64,000 nucleotides of DNA, from contig NC_043015.1 of NCBI RefSeq assembly GCF_006345805.1, positions 26,288,001 through 26,352,000 on the forward strand. The letters are read 5' to 3'. Positions within the stretch are counted from its first letter, which is position 1; every line of letters starts with the position of its first letter. Source of the stretch: Octopus sinensis (taxonomy: Eukaryota). A program made the translations under genes and the position numbers. Below the pieces are notes generated by a model, which saw only the letters and a program-made list of their open reading frames with translations, searched no databases and was not told the origin of the DNA. This document shows positions 1 to 14,318 of the stretch, in pieces.

Positions 1-87
1 TGCTGGTCAGTACCTTCTGTCACTTTTGTGACCTGTATTAATTTTGCCTTTAGGTTCAATTTTCTAATAAGCCACACATTTAATTTG

Positions 88-88
<1 letters not shown>

Positions 89-124
<36 letters not shown>
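89..124. repeat. (TA)n microsatellite
   Basis: Pure TA run directly 5' of a SINE. Confidence 0.95.
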
Positions 125-126
<2 letters not shown>

Positions 127-530
127 CGCAGGGGTGGCTGTTTGGTAAGTAGCTTGCTAACCAACCACATGGTTCCGGGTTCAGTCCCACTGCGTGGCAT
201 CTTGGGCAAGTGTCTTCTGCTATAGCCCCGGGCCGACCAATGCCTTGTGAGTGGATTTGGTAGACGGAAACTGAAAGAAGCCTGTCGTATATATGTATAT
301 GTATATATAAGTGTGTGCGAATATGTTTGTGTGTCTGTGTTTGTTTCCCAGCATTGCTTGACAACCGATGCTAGTGTGTTTACGTCCCCGTCACTTAGCG
401 GTTCGGCAAAAGAGACCGATAGAATAAGTACTGGGCTTACAAAGAATAAGTCCCGGGGTCGATTTGCTCGACTAAAGGCGGTGCTCCAGCATGGCCGCAG
501 TCAAATGACTGAAACAAGTAAAAAGAGTAA
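125..530 (+). mobile_element. tRNA-derived SINE (octopod OK/OR-like), well preserved
   Basis: tRNA-like head (A-box-like ggctgtttgg, B-box-like ggttcagtccc), internal TA/TG tract, 3' tail ggcggtgctccagcatggccgcagtc...gaaacaagtaaaa then A-rich end. Family name is from recall, not a database search. Confidence 0.8.
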
Positions 531-545
531 AAAAAAAAAAAGAGT

Positions 546-640
546 ATATATATACATATATATTTATATGTATACATATATATATATATACATATATATA
601 CATACATATATATATGTATGCATGTATGTATGTATGTATG
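546..640. repeat. (TA)/(TATG) compound microsatellite
   Basis: Direct reading. Confidence 0.9.
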
Positions 641-2936
641 TTTAGCAAAATCCCTTGTAAATTTTCTTATGGCTCTGGTCGGCTACCACATCTTAACTAT
701 ATCCTGGAGTAACTCAGGGTATAAGCATTTCTTTAGGTTTGGCAGATACTATAACAATTTTAGCCGCCATAAGGTGAAATTAACATGTGAATCATCACAC
801 AACATTGATTATTTTACATACACAGACTCAACAACAAAAGATTGAATAAACTGATGCTAGAAAATGAAAATGTAGACCCAAATGGCGCGGATAAGGTGAA
901 TGGAGCGTATATGAAAGCAAATAAAGAAAAAGAACTAATAAACATTATAACAATAAGAACAGAAATAGACATAACAATAACAGTGAGATAAATGAGCCAG
1001 GCATCAGGAGAGAAAAAAAGAAAACACAATAAGTAACGTGGAAAGAAGGAACAATAGAGATGACGAAATGAACAACTATCACGCAAATGGATGTAATACG
1101 AAGCATAAAGGGAATAAAAGAGCAACGAGAAAGAACCAGACGGCAAAAGAAAAACCAGAAGATGCAGCTCTAGAATCAAAGATTAATACTCGCACGTGAA
1201 TAACTGCATGAAAAGGACTATTGTATGTCAATGTGAAGTACAGAGAGATGCACAAGCATGCATATATAGATGCAATTAGGGACCAGATTAAAATTGTCTG
1301 AGAAACAATCTTGCATTCTTGTCTAATGAGTTGAAAAGTCACTGCACATCATTGGCAAACCTCGTGGGGAGACTAAAAGAAAGGGATAAGATACGAAAAA
1401 GAATGGTGTGTGCTGAGGAATACGAGACGATATCATTCACACTCCCGTGTCTGTAACTTATGAATGGAAGAAATAGAAATTATCTAATGTAAGGATTAAT
1501 TAATGAATAAACGCTCAGAAATTATATTTACTTATAGTCATAAGCTTAAAAGCTTATTCATCAGTTTTGAAAACAAACTCTATAAAAATCCCAAAGAACG
1601 TTGAAAAGGCTTTCACAGAAGAACTCACTCACACGGACAGATTATTTGTGTTCATAGGACTATGTTCCTAGGGCTACATTGCTGTGATTTATATGCATGT
1701 CAAAATATTGTTGCTTAATGTAGAAATCATATGACATTCTTAGAAATACACAGCGATAAAGATAAATATTGCCTCTAGGATGTGTAGCAAAATCAACGCA
1801 AAAGCTATAATCCGCACTTGTCTAATCAGTTAAAAACAATCGTGCTTAATGTCTTGCATATAGAGATTAATAAACAAGGTGTCTAACTGGAACGAACAAA
1901 AAATCTTTACAACCACAGTTACTCCAAAAACAATCATTTATTAGAACGGGTGACCTGAGACAAATAGTTTAGATTGGTAATGACAAGAATGACTTGAAAT
2001 TACTAGTAGAATTATAAGACGTAATTGTGATATATTATTTGTTACACGATAAGAGAGTGGCTTACATTAGCGCTGTATATGTGAAACAAGGACAGCACAA
2101 AACTTGGTAAAAATCGGAATTATCAGTGGTCATTAATATATATGTATACACAAGGTTGAATTACAAAAGTATAACAATCTGAGGCGAATTTCTGGGTTAT
2201 GCTAAACTGGACACCATTAATCCAGGAAGAGGTATATTTTGGTAAAAGAGAGGACGTCTAACACTTGACAGTGAAGCTCTTTAAGAAAAGAGGAGTTGAA
2301 GTAAGGGAAAACAAGTGTAGTGTAACGAAGACATTGAGAGCCATGAAAAGCTAAAAAATAAAATTAACATAAACCTTAAAACATTTATTGAAACGACTTA
2401 TTGGGTGGGGTGGGGTAGATTAATAATATAATATAGCTTAGACATCTAAAAGATCACACTAGCCATAAAATTGTACCTTTGATTCTTTACTTTCAATTGA
2501 ACAAACAGATCCTAAATCGAGCCCTAGTCCTGTTTTCCTTCACCATACTATGTAACAAGTAAATCACATTGTTCCTCATATGTTGCGTACCATTTGTATA
2601 GTTGCAATTATTCTGCTGAGTTTTTTGTTGTTGTTTCTGTTTTGTTAGTTGTAAGTAACGCCCACCAACGGAATGAAATCATTTGATGGGGGAGAGTACT
2701 GTACATCCTCCAGCTGATGAATCCTGTAAAATTTGAAAAATTTTCTCGAACTCCTCCCTATGAAAGGGCCACATACAATTGTTGTTGAAAAATATTCAAA
2801 TACATAATGATTGAGAGCATTCTTAAATAATGTGATAAACGAATATGAGAATTGCAACTTAACACGGTTGTGGAATGCAGATATATTTTGTGATACATCA
2901 TTACACATTGTCAACTTCTACCTTTATGTGATTACA

Positions 2937-3690
2937 TACAAGTGGTGGTAGTCAAAAGAAACCGGAATATTATTTTATTCACTTAGTTTTACATGTTTAC
3001 ACTTTTATCACCTTCAGAGTATTCTTCATTTGAAACAACAAATCGTTCCTGGTGCGTTTTCCACTGTTGGAAGCAGTACTGGAACTCTTGCGAAATGATG
3101 CCTTTTAACGCCTCCGTCGTTCTTTTCTTCACCTCTTTTACATCTGCAAATTCCATATCCTCAGCTTTCGTCACCAGTGATGACCTTCGAAAAAGGTGTC
3201 CGGATCAACTTGTTCTTCCAGTTCACGACACGCATTCAGTCGTGACTGTTTTTCATCTTCTGTGAGCACAAATTCTGTGAGCACAAATTTTGCTGCAACT
3301 TTTTTCATTTGCAATTCCTTGCTCAAAATTCGTTAGCAGGAGCTCCATGAGACACCAGTAATATCAATAAGTTTGTCAGTTGTTCTGTGACGGTCTTCCA
3401 AGATCAGTTCATGAATTTTCATGATGTTTTCATTCGTCCGGGAGGCCGACAGTCGCCCTAAAGGAATTTGGTCTTCAGGTGAAAAGTGACCATCCCTAAA
3501 GCGTCAAAACCACTCGTAAACTTATGTTTTTCTCATGATAGCCTCCTTGTAAACTGTTTGAAGCATGATAACTGTTGCGGTCGCCCTTTTCCCCAGCAGA
3601 AAATAGAATTTCACGGAAGCACGCTATTCTTTCGTTTTGGTCATCGCAAAAGTCGACGAACGGGTAAGAAGCAGTGGAAAACAAAGACCA
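2937..3690 (-). mobile_element. Internally deleted mariner-like DNA transposon remnant
   Basis: Minus-strand N-terminal HTH region (...KFYFLLGK...VYEWF.RFRDG...ITGDES) joined directly to the C-terminus (FADVKEVKKRTTEALKGI...CFQQWK...SNEEYSEGD). Catalytic middle missing; only the TIR-like end at about 2937 is recognisable. Confidence 0.8.
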
Positions 3691-3829
3691 TATAGCAGTA
3701 GGAGTCCTGTTGATGACCCTGGTCGACAGAGTGATGCCTGAGGGCCATATAAAGTGGCGTCTAGCAGCACAAGCCTGAATTACAATGGGTTTGTCTCACA
3801 GAAAACGTTTCCGGTTAGGGTGGGGTACT

Positions 3830-4008
3830 CGTATGTATGTACTTATGTATGTATGTATGTATATATGTATGTATACATATACATACACACACACGCACAT
3901 ATATGTCCATATTCGCTATTTCTTCTATCATCACACAAACATATATGTGTGTGAGTGTGTGTGTGTTCGTCTGATAACAAAAGAGACAAATTCGACGAGA
4001 TATACATA

Positions 4009-4107
<99 letters not shown>

Positions 4108-4160
4108 ACACACACACACACAAACACATAGACAGAGAGAGAAAGAGCGAGAGAGAGTAA
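3830..4160. repeat. Compound (TATG)/(CA)n/(GA) microsatellite
   Basis: Long CA run at about 4010-4125. Confidence 0.9.
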
Positions 4161-4577
4161 ATGAAAAAGTGAAAATGAATTAAATATTGCCAAGCATTTT
4201 TATAGATTGTTTTATGCGATTAGAGTAGAGAAAATCATCAGGGAGGGCATTAGAGAATATAACCCGTCTTACTTCTTCAAAAGATATCGTAGGTCAGCTG
4301 TTATATAAATCAGTCATGAATTAGACTATCACTTTGATGTATAGCCTAATTTGCATATTTGTTCTCTCTTAGTGGGGCCGTCATTAATTAAAAAATACCC
4401 CTTTGATGAAAAGAAAGAAAGACAGAGTAATATCAAAAAGATGAAACGCAACGCGCCAATATGGGCGTAACAAACAATATAAAGATGTTCTTTCTGTGTT
4501 ATTGAAGTGTGTAGAAAAGAAAAAGGAGGATCTCTTCATGAACCATTTCATAGGCCGTTGACTACTCCTCATAGAAT

Positions 4578-4698
4578 ATACACATACGTACACACATGCA
4601 TACATACATCCATACATATATACATAAATACATACATACATATCACATACATACATACATAACACATACATACATACATGCATACATGCATGCATACA

Positions 4699-4732
<34 letters not shown>

Positions 4733-4738
4733 CAAACA
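4578..4738. repeat. (TACA)n microsatellite
   Basis: Direct reading. Confidence 0.9.
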
Positions 4739-5873
4739 CACACCCGTGACAGAAGTAAATAGACATCGTTTTATGTTTATTCTAACTTGTAAAGGTATAT
4801 ATTTTTTATTAATTGAAGCTTTTGTTTTAGGTTTTGTATGTGACTGTTTAATCATGCTATGTACAAAATAATCCTTGGAACTGTTTGATTTCAAAGAGGC
4901 CGTGTTGTGGGTCATTCTGAAGGTGGACATAGTCAGCATAAAATCGCAGAAAACTTTGGGATCCCGCTTTCTACAGTTAATAGAGTGATTGTGCAATTTA
5001 CCAGAGAGGGGAAGGAGTCCATATCACCGCACCCAGATCAGCCAGAGCCCTTTGGCAGGACCCTTCTCTTTGTTAACAGAAGTGTTGAGGAGAGTCCTCC
5101 TTGCAAGGCCTTTGACATAGAAGAACACGTTGATGTCAGTCCCAGAACAGCTGTCAGGTATCTCCACAAACTTGGTTACTATGGCAGAGCCGCAAGAAGG
5201 AAGCCACATCTTTGACCAGTCAATATGAGGCGGAGAAAAGATTGGGCCAACGAGATGGTGTACAGGCCAGTGGCATTTTGGGACACTTTCATATTTTCTG
5301 ATGATTCCAGATTTGCTGTATCTCCTGACACTGGTCGAGACTGTGATCAAGAATGTGATGTGAAACACGGCAGCTATTCTATGATGGTCTGGAGTGCATT
5401 TTGGAGCAATGGTTGATTAGGGCTAGTGGAGTGTGAGAAAAACATAAACTCAGATAAATATGTGTCCATATTGCAGAAAGGATGCCTTGGAATATTCTTC
5501 AATTGTGAAATGTTTAAACGAGACTATTTACAGAAGATGGGGCCTGTTGTCACACGGCTAAAATGACCTAAAATTTGTTGGATGAGAATGTCATTAAAAA
5601 GCTTCCATGGCCAGATATGAAACCTAGTGAAAACCTCTGGGAAATAATGTGCAGGAAACTTCATAAAAAGAACACGAAAGCATCTTCGAAGCCAGATATT
5701 TTGAGATTTCTGCATGAAACTTGGCAAAAATTTCCGCAAGAAAATATCCATCATCTGATCAATAACATACCAAATAGGGCATGTCTACTAAATATTAAAT
5801 ATTCACATTATAACAATTAGTAAATAAATTTTAATGATTATAAGGGTATCTATTTACTTCTGTCATATCTGTG
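4739..5873 (+). mobile_element. Degenerate Tc1-family transposon
   Basis: Perfect 17-bp inverted repeat tgacagaagtaaataga (4747-4763) / tctatttacttctgtca (5849-5865), TA at the right end. Broken transposase with HTH ([20 protein letters not shown]), [16 protein letters not shown] and WP..MKPSENLW. Confidence 0.85.
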
Positions 5874-6949
5874 TACATATATGTAACAGAATTTCGAACA
5901 GATTTCAGAGGAAATTTCAGTCAGTTTTTGTCCTTCCGAATCTGTGTAAGTAGGCATTACATTAAAAGTAGCGAAAGATTTTGATCCAGAGCAAAAGTCT
6001 TTATCTAATTGCAATGTTCATACACTCACACATGTGTGTGTGCGTGTGTGAGAGAGAAAGAGCAAGTGAAAGAGAGACCAGCTTTGTGTATGTCCAAGTG
6101 TGTCTGTAAGTATCTATTCTCCTTTCTAATTTCTGGTACTTGTAATGTGTAATATTCTTTATAGGATTAAGGTAGCTGTCAATTTAGATTCATAATGTGT
6201 TTATATTTATGGATTTTAAAGAGTCAAATTATCGCCACAAACAGTGAAACCAGGCTCTGGCACCGATAACCTTTAAGTCCACCGTTTCAGGTGTTAAACA
6301 ATAAATAAAGTGGACTGCAGTAAAGTCTATAAGACACTCGTATCTGACTCTGTACCAAATCTGTTCTCCAACGCTCATGTGATACCCATTATATAAAATG
6401 GCAAAGGTGTTTAAATGATAGTATCAACTGAGTGAAAGAGAAAAGGTCTTGCTGTATAATGCTGTCTCCCATTTAGAGGTGAGAAATGGGAAGTTATGAG
6501 ATCCACGTTTGAATCATATGGAGTCAGTCAGCGATCAAACTAGGAATATGTATATTAAGTGGTGTTCTAGCCCAGAGTTTATTTCTACCAACATTAATAC
6601 AGCTGCAAAATTTAGCTCACTTTTAATATTTATCATTAACTAATTATTTACTGGTTGGAAATTTAATTAAATTAAGTATCTACATACAACTCACTGGGTA
6701 GAGCTCTTGAAAATTTAGTGTTCACTAATCAACTCGAGATAATGTTACCTGCAATCTCGAACTTTTTAAAATGTTTCGAGATATTCACCCTTCTGGACAT
6801 TTATAGAGGTCATGATGAATGTGCATTCTCATACACGTATAACAACAAAAATAACAACAACAATAATGATAACAATTGTAATCCTACAGTATTATAGGAT
6901 ACATACAAACAGGAGGCAAATAAATAATAACAGACTAGCCATTGTCATC

Positions 6950-7260
6950 AAAACTTGAGTCTGAAAAAACATGCCTGTTAATTAATATCACAGTGCCTGC
7001 TAATAGAAATATCTCAGCAAAGAAATTTGAAAAACTCTCGAAATATAAATATCGTGAGGTTGAGATATCTAGGATGCAGCAATTAAAAACAAATAAAGAA
7101 AACACATCGCTGTTGGTGTAGTTGTCCTGGGTATGATCAAGTAAGGTAGTGACAAAACTTTCGACCAGTTCTTGGTAAACCAGCAATCTATGAAACTCAA
7201 AAAATTGTGCTGACATCAACCGCCCACATACTTCAGAAATTTTCTCTCCTTCTAAAATAA
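6950..7260 (+). mobile_element. 3' fragment of R4/Dong-type LINE (family G)
   Basis: Decayed RLE C-terminus (CLLINITVPANRNISAKKFEKLSKYKY...) followed by a CAA/TAA tract. Confidence 0.6.
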
Positions 7261-7326
7261 ATGTGACTTAATTCTCTTGTTGTGACCCGATCGGAAATAA
7301 AATAAAATGCATATCAATCGGAAACT

Positions 7327-7413
7327 AACAGCAGCAACAATAATAACAATAACAACAATAATAATAACAATAACAACAACAACAATAATAATAACAACAA
7401 CAACAATAATAAT
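7327..7413. repeat. (CAA/TAA)n compound microsatellite
   Basis: Direct reading. Confidence 0.9.
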
Positions 7414-7604
7414 CACATTCTATTGTGAAGGAAGCTCGCAAAATCACAACGGATCTCAGCATTAACCCTAAATTAGACGAAGAGCTTGCCACTTCCGCCC
7501 GCAAGCTTTCAGTCATACTGTAATATCTCTAATCTTTCACTCGCCCTAGGACGCTGGGTGTGACTCGGAAGTGATTGTAACAAACATGCAGATTAAATGT
7601 AAAT

Positions 7605-7605
7605 G

Positions 7606-7650
<45 letters not shown>

Positions 7651-7682
7651 TAATAATAATAATAATAACAATAATAATAATA
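7605..7682. repeat. (TAA)n microsatellite
   Basis: Direct reading. Confidence 0.95.
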
Positions 7683-7772
7683 GATGAGGACAGCTGCATC
7701 GAACTCTCTCATGCACCAAATGGCAATTGCTAAAAAGCATTCGTGAAGTAAAATCATGTAGTAACACCAAAT

Positions 7773-7858
7773 GGCGGTGCCCCAGCATGGCCACAGCTCG
7801 TGAGCTGAAACTAGATAAAATAAAAAAAAATAAAATAAAATAAATAAAATAAAAAAAA
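7773..7858 (+). mobile_element. SINE 3' tail fragment with (TAAAA)n end
   Basis: ggcggtgccccagcatggccacagctc..gctgaaactag is homologous to the tail of the SINE at 125-530 and to 31391-31437. Confidence 0.65.
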
Positions 7859-8016
7859 ACGAATTATTTTCCAGTTTTTGTCTTTTTTCTTACTGTATTT
7901 TCCTGTATTTTAACTCCGATATAATATATAACATCTACAAATATATTTTGGAGAACTGGAATGCAGATTTGTTTTATAAGAACACCACTTGGATTATAAA
8001 CTCATCTACAAAAATA

Positions 8017-8021
8017 TAATA

Positions 8022-8074
<53 letters not shown>
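8017..8074. repeat. (TAA)n, 5' flank of element A
   Basis: Direct reading. Confidence 0.95.
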
Positions 8075-11000
8075 CATTATTTCGAACTAATACATCAGAG
8101 TGAGCCTTTTATAAGTTTAAAAGAGGAAGGGAAAAGAAGGAAGGAAAAAGGGGAAGATGGAGATAGAGAGAAAGATAGAGGAAAAAAGGAAGAGAAGGAG
8201 GAAAAAAAAGATGTTCGGAGATAAAACTATCAGCAAAAAAAATACAGACGAACACAGATCTGCTAGCCTTAAGAAGCTGCGCTACGAGCAATGCTTACGT
8301 GTAGAGAACCCTAAACTGACAGATCCATCTCCTAATGTAAGAATGGAAGCTCGTCGTGCTTCAATGTCAACAAATCAAACTGTAAACCGCATTGGTCGTC
8401 GCGCGGATTACAAAAGACCACGTACCCGAAAATTGAACCAAATTCTGATTGAAAAATCAGCTATTGGATCAAACCTTCCCAACACACAGGAGCTGGACGT
8501 ACCCCACAACCGGAATATTCCAGCAGATGGCCATCCATGCTCGTCACCAAATAATCAAAAGAAAAAGAAGTAAAAATGGTCTAGGGAAGATAATAAAGAA
8601 GTTCTTGAGGCCTTCTACCAAGCCATATTTTTCCCCACAGATAAATCTAACACTGTACAAACATACTTAGACTGGAGACAGAAACACCCTGAAGTAAGAC
8701 CCTACATAGACAGTAACAAACTTGCCAACGTCAGAAGAAATATTATATAAAAAAAATTACTGACTGAAGTAGAGATTGATCAAGTTAGAAAAGCAATATC
8801 TGATAAAATGAACGAAGCTGCAGCTAGAGAAGATAATACAGAGGAAATAATTATAGACCAGCCCAGGGCTGATAAAAACGAAGTGAGGATTGAAAGAGTT
8901 AGTATAAGTGATAAGCAAAGTGAAATACTCCCCGAACCAATCATAAACACTAAGACAGATGAGCATCAAATAGATAAAGAAAGTCACACAAATATTGACC
9001 CAACAGAACTACATGAGCTAAAAAATCAAATCATGATTGAATGGCTGAAAATTAAAGAAACCAGCAGGGATGAACGTGATACACTCCCTAAAATCCGCAA
9101 CTCTAACCGAAACATGAAAATAATTGGTAAAATCCGGCTTGCACTTTAAGGATATAATTTCAGCTAATGATGTTGATATCACAAATCTCAACCACCTATA
9201 TTATGCATCCGCGAAAATCTCAACGATCCTATGTGGTGTAAAGATTAGAAAACGGCAACATTCCCACAAAAAGCAATCTTGGCAAGAGCCTTTGCAACAA
9301 CAAATTAAACTATTTAGATCTGACATTGAATATTTGAAAAACCTTAAGGTTAACAAGACTACCAAACCTACAAAAACCCCAAAATTACTGAAAAAATACA
9401 TTAAAACTATACTTGATATTGATGCCACCATAGAAACCATAAAACAAAGGGTATCTGCCAAAGCTGCCCGCATAGCGAGGTATGAAAAGCGTGTTAGATT
9501 TTTCAAGGACAACAACATGTTCAAAAATAGCCCCAAGAACTTTTACAGGAAGATAGGAAAAACAGCGTTTACTGCAAGGTCTGTACCATCAAAAGAAGAA
9601 GTGCAGGGATTTTGGAATAAAATTTGGGCAGAAGAAAAAACACACAACGAAAAGGCCCCCTGGATTGACTGAATATCTACAGAACTGGACCCCTTAGAAG
9701 AGCAAAAGTGGGAGGATGTCAATGTAGAAGATATAAGATCTGCTCTCAGGAGGTCAAGCAAATGGAAGTCTTCAGAAAAGGATAAAATTCCTAACTTCTG
9801 GCTGAATGACTTCCCAGAGAGCCATGAACTGCTAACAGAACTGTACAATGATGTTTTGCAACACCCTAGTAGGATGCCTCCCTGGCTAGTTAATGGGTTA
9901 ACATTCCTGCTTCCAAAAAGTGAAGAAACAAATGAACCAAAAAACTATAGACCCATAATCTGCTTAACAACTATGTATAAAACGCTAACATCTGTCCTGA
10001 TGGAATATACTTATAGTTTTTTTAACAGACAGCAGCATATTCCCTAATGAACAGAGATGATGTAAACGTGGATCCTACGGCTGTAAAGATCAACTACTCA
10101 TCAATAAGATGATCTTAGAAGATTGTCACAAACGACACAAAAACTTGTCAATAGCCTGGATAGAATATAAAACGGCTTTTGATAGCCTACCACATAGCTG
10201 GATTAGGAAATGCCTGGAAACGTCTAAGATAGCACCTACTCTGCGAGACTTTTTCACTGTAAGTATGAGATCATGGAGAACCACACTAACTCTGAACAGT
10301 GACAATGAATCCCTAAATGCTGGTGATGTAAAAGTTTCGTGTGGCATTTTCCAGGGTGACTCACTGTCACCACTCCTCTTTTGTTTAGCCTTAATACCTC
10401 TCTCAAAATTGCTCAATGACGCGCAGTACGGGTATAAAATGTTTGATAAAAATATAAATCCTCTCATTTACATGAATGACTTAAAGCTTTTTGCAAAAAA
10501 TAACCAACAACTCAAGGGCTTACTAGCGATAATCAAACAATTCAGTGACGACATCAGAATGCAATTCGGGCTCGATAAATGTGCAAAAGCTACCTTTATC
10601 AAAGGAAAAATGACAGAAACATCTAACGTTAACCGTGACCAGCAGAATGTCATAAAAGAACTAGACCCAGCAGGGGTAATTGAAGGGAACGGAATAAGGC
10701 ATTCAGAGATGAAGGAAAGGATCAGGAGAGACTGTTATCGAAGAGTGAGAGCAATACTCGAGATAGAGCTGAATGCAAGAAACAGGATCGAAGCGATCAA
10801 TGCATTAGCCATACCAGTCGTGACTTACAGTTTCAATATCGTTAACTGGCCAATTACTGAAATATGTCAGCTCGACAGAAAAATAAGAAAACTGTTGCCA
10901 ATGCATAGAATGCACCACCCTAAGGCAGATACAGAACGACTTCACCTGCCAAGAAAAGAGGGAGGCCGTGGTCTTTTGCAACTGGCAATAACAATGAAGA

Positions 11001-12203
11001 TTGTTACAATTGGCCTAGACACCTACCTGAAAAAGTCTGAGGACTGGATGTTAAAACGTGTCTCAAAACATGAAAACAAGAAGGCATCATACTCAGTAAC
11101 AAAACAGGCAAAGGAATATCTAAGTGAATTCAGAATACCACAAATTTCGGAATTAGAGATAGACATACAAGAAACAAGCACAGAAAAAGCTAAGCGCATG
11201 AAAACCCGTGCCAAAACTGCGGCCTTAGATACTTTGAATAATAAATGGCAAGAAAAACCTCTATATGGCAAATACCCAAAGACAGCAAATAATGCAGATA
11301 TCCACAAAGCCCTGACCCATCAATGGGTAATGGCCTCTGGCTTAAAATCTGAAACAGAAGGGTTTATCATCGCAGCTCAAGATCAATGCCTACCAACAAG
11401 AAACTACCAGGCCAACATATTAAAGAACGGCAGTAGCCCAACATGTCGTGTATGCCGACAGCAAAATGAAACCATTGATCATGTTGTCTCCAAATGCAGT
11501 CTTCTACCGCCTACAGAGTACCTCAACAGGCATGATAGAGCTGCACAATATATTCACCGTGTAATTTGCAAAAACCTGGATTTGCCCCATGAAAAAACTG
11601 GTGGGAACACCATCCACGTCCAATGCTTGAAAATGACCACATCTCACTCCTCTGGAACTTCACCATTCAAACTGACAGGAAGATAGATGCAAATAGGCCA
11701 GACATCATATTGAAAGACTTCAGACAAAGAACATGCCTCCTCATTGATATGACTGTCCCAATCGATATAAACGTATCTGTCAAGACCTACCAAAAACTGA
11801 GCAAATATAAAGATCTTGAAATAGAAATCAGCAAAATGTGGAAGCTGAAGACTAAAACAATACCTGTTGTCATAGGTGCCCTGGGAATGATAGCGAAAGG
11901 GGCTGATTGCTACCTAATTTAGATGCCAGGAAACCCCAAAATGGCAGAAATTCAAAAGATAGTGCTCATGGGAACTGCTCATATCCTACGCAAATATACT
12001 CTCTATGTAATCCCAAGGTTTAAAACAAACTTTGTTTTTTAATTTATGTATTAGGCAATCACTAGTACAACCCCCACCCAAAAAAACAAATATATGGCAC
12101 ATTAGGCATAACAACAACGTGAACTTCCAACCTGTTGTCTGTTGAGGTCTCTGAGTGAGACTTGGAGCCAACTTGTACAGACATAAAGCAAAAGTCAAAC
12201 ATA

Positions 12204-12204
<1 letters not shown>
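8075..12204 (+). mobile_element. Near full-length R4/Dong-type non-LTR retrotransposon (family A), inactivated
   Basis: One long ORF broken by stops and frameshifts: KWSREDN Myb-like N-terminus; RT (PKNYRPIICL, GIFQGDSLSPLLF, YMNDLKL, FGLDKC); MHHPKAD/GGRGL; CCHC knuckle (CRVC...HVVSKC); RLE (RHD, ILWNF, RPDII, KY.DL). TAA tracts on both sides. Confidence 0.92.
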
Positions 12205-12277
<73 letters not shown>

Positions 12278-12386
12278 CATAATAATAATAATAATGGTGA
12301 TAATAATAATAATAATAATGAAAATATTAGTAATAATGATAATAATAATAATAATAATGATGATGATGATAATAATAATAATAATA

Positions 12387-12450
<64 letters not shown>
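12205..12450. repeat. (TAA/TGA)n then (AAG)10 compound tract between elements A and B1
   Basis: Direct reading. Confidence 0.95.
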
Positions 12451-14221
12451 AGGAATATTCCAGGGAGACACGCTCTCTCCACTCCTTTTCTGCTTGGCAC
12501 TGTCACCTCTAACTGATATACTAAATAGAACTGGATGCGGATATAAATGTTACGGCAAAACGATCAGCCACCTTTTATATATGGATGACCTAAAACTATA
12601 CGCTGCAAATGACAAACAGCTGGAAACACTATTAAAGACAGTTCATGGATTTACCAAAGAAATAGATATGAAATTTGGATTAGAAAAATGCGCCAAAGTA
12701 ACCCTGAAAAGAGGAAAACTAGTTAAGAGTAACAACATCACACTAGATAAAACCAATGAAATAAAAGAATTAGACCAAAGCCAAACTTACAAATACTTAG
12801 GAATCCATGAACTAGATAAGACACAAAACACACAAATGAAAGAGAAAACAAAAAAAGAATATTATAGACGAGTTAGATCAATATTAAACACAGAGCTCAA
12901 TGCTAAAAACAAGATAATAGGTATCAACACTTTAGCTGTCCCAGTTATAAGTTACAGCTACAATATCCTTAACTGGACACGAAATGAACTGACCAAAATA
13001 GATAGGAAAACAAGAAAAATAATGACAGGATCTAGGATGCATCACCCAAAATCTGACATAGAAAGACTATATATACAACGTATAGAAGGTGGTAGAGGCC
13101 TTATACAGCTGGAAAACTACTATAAAATAACCACCATAGGACTGCAAAAATATCTACTTCAGAAGGAAGGGAAACTGATCCAGATAGCGGCAAAACACGA
13201 GCAAAACAAAAAACTGTTCTCAGTATTTAAGGAAGCTGACAAATACAAACAAGAAATCATACCACCTAATAAACATGAAGAAGAAGAAGAAGATGAAGAA
13301 ACAACAAAAGCTATAAAACAAATGAAATCCAAACTAAAAATAGAACAGCAACGAACCATGATAAAACGATGGCAAGAAAAGTCCCTTCATGGTAAATACT
13401 GGACTAAACTAAACGCAAAAGAAATAGACAAAGAAAAATCCCAGCAATGGTTGAGAAGCTCAGGACTCAAAGCAGAGACAGAGGGATTTTTTAATTGCAG
13501 CACAAGAACATAGCCTCCCCACCAGAAATTACCAAAAACATGTAATGAAAAGAAATATTACAAGTAACTGCAGAATATATGGAGATGGACAAGAAACAAT
13601 AAATCATATTATCTCTAGCTGCCCAGTCTTGGCTAAGAAGGAATATATTCACAGACATGACAGAGTTGGAACCTACATACATCGGAAGCTATGCCAACAT
13701 TATGGAATAACAACAGAAAAAAGATGGTATAGGCACACACCAGAAAAGGTCACAGAAAACGAGAAAGCAACCATACTCTGGGATATGCCGATACACACAG
13801 ATAGAGAAATTAAGGCCAACAGACCAGATATAGTTGTCAGAGATCATGAAGAAAAAAATGCTTTCTAATTGATGTATCAATACCGGCTGATGACAACGTG
13901 TCTCTAAAAGAAATGGAGAAACTCTCAAAATACAAAGACCTGGAAATAGAGGTAACTAGAATGTGGAATCTGAAAACAGAAACAATTCCTATCATAGTAG
14001 GTGCATTAGGCATGATAAAAGAATATTCAGACAAATACATAACAAAAACACCAGGACTTACAAACACATATAACATACAGAAAATTGCACTACTAGGCAC
14101 TGCACACATCCTACGCAGAACACTTTCCATACAATAACCAACAGAGCATCACAGCACATACCCAAGGCACACAGAGCTGCGCTCGGTAGTGAAGTGAAAG
14201 CACGCTATAAAAATAAAACTA

Positions 14222-14224
<3 letters not shown>
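12445..14224 (+). mobile_element. 5'-truncated R4/Dong-type LINE, family B (copy B1)
   Basis: Starts at GIFQGDTLSPLLF; YMDDLKL, FGLEKC, YKYLG, CCHC and RLE motifs present. 3' end ...aaaataaaactactg|aataat is the same as in B2. Confidence 0.93.

Positions 14225-14315
<91 letters not shown>
14225..14315. repeat. (TAA)n
   Basis: Direct reading. Confidence 0.95.

Positions 14316-14318
<3 letters not shown>

Noticed and set aside
830-1400. Ancient RTE-like RT remnant
   Set aside because: Only vague similarity; no motif can be read with confidence
12155-13513. 452-aa ORF as a novel poly-Asn/Ile/Arg RT fusion protein
   Set aside because: Chance read-through from element A's 3'UTR through a microsatellite into truncated B1; the ORF track uses an alternative start and the frame ends in a frameshift
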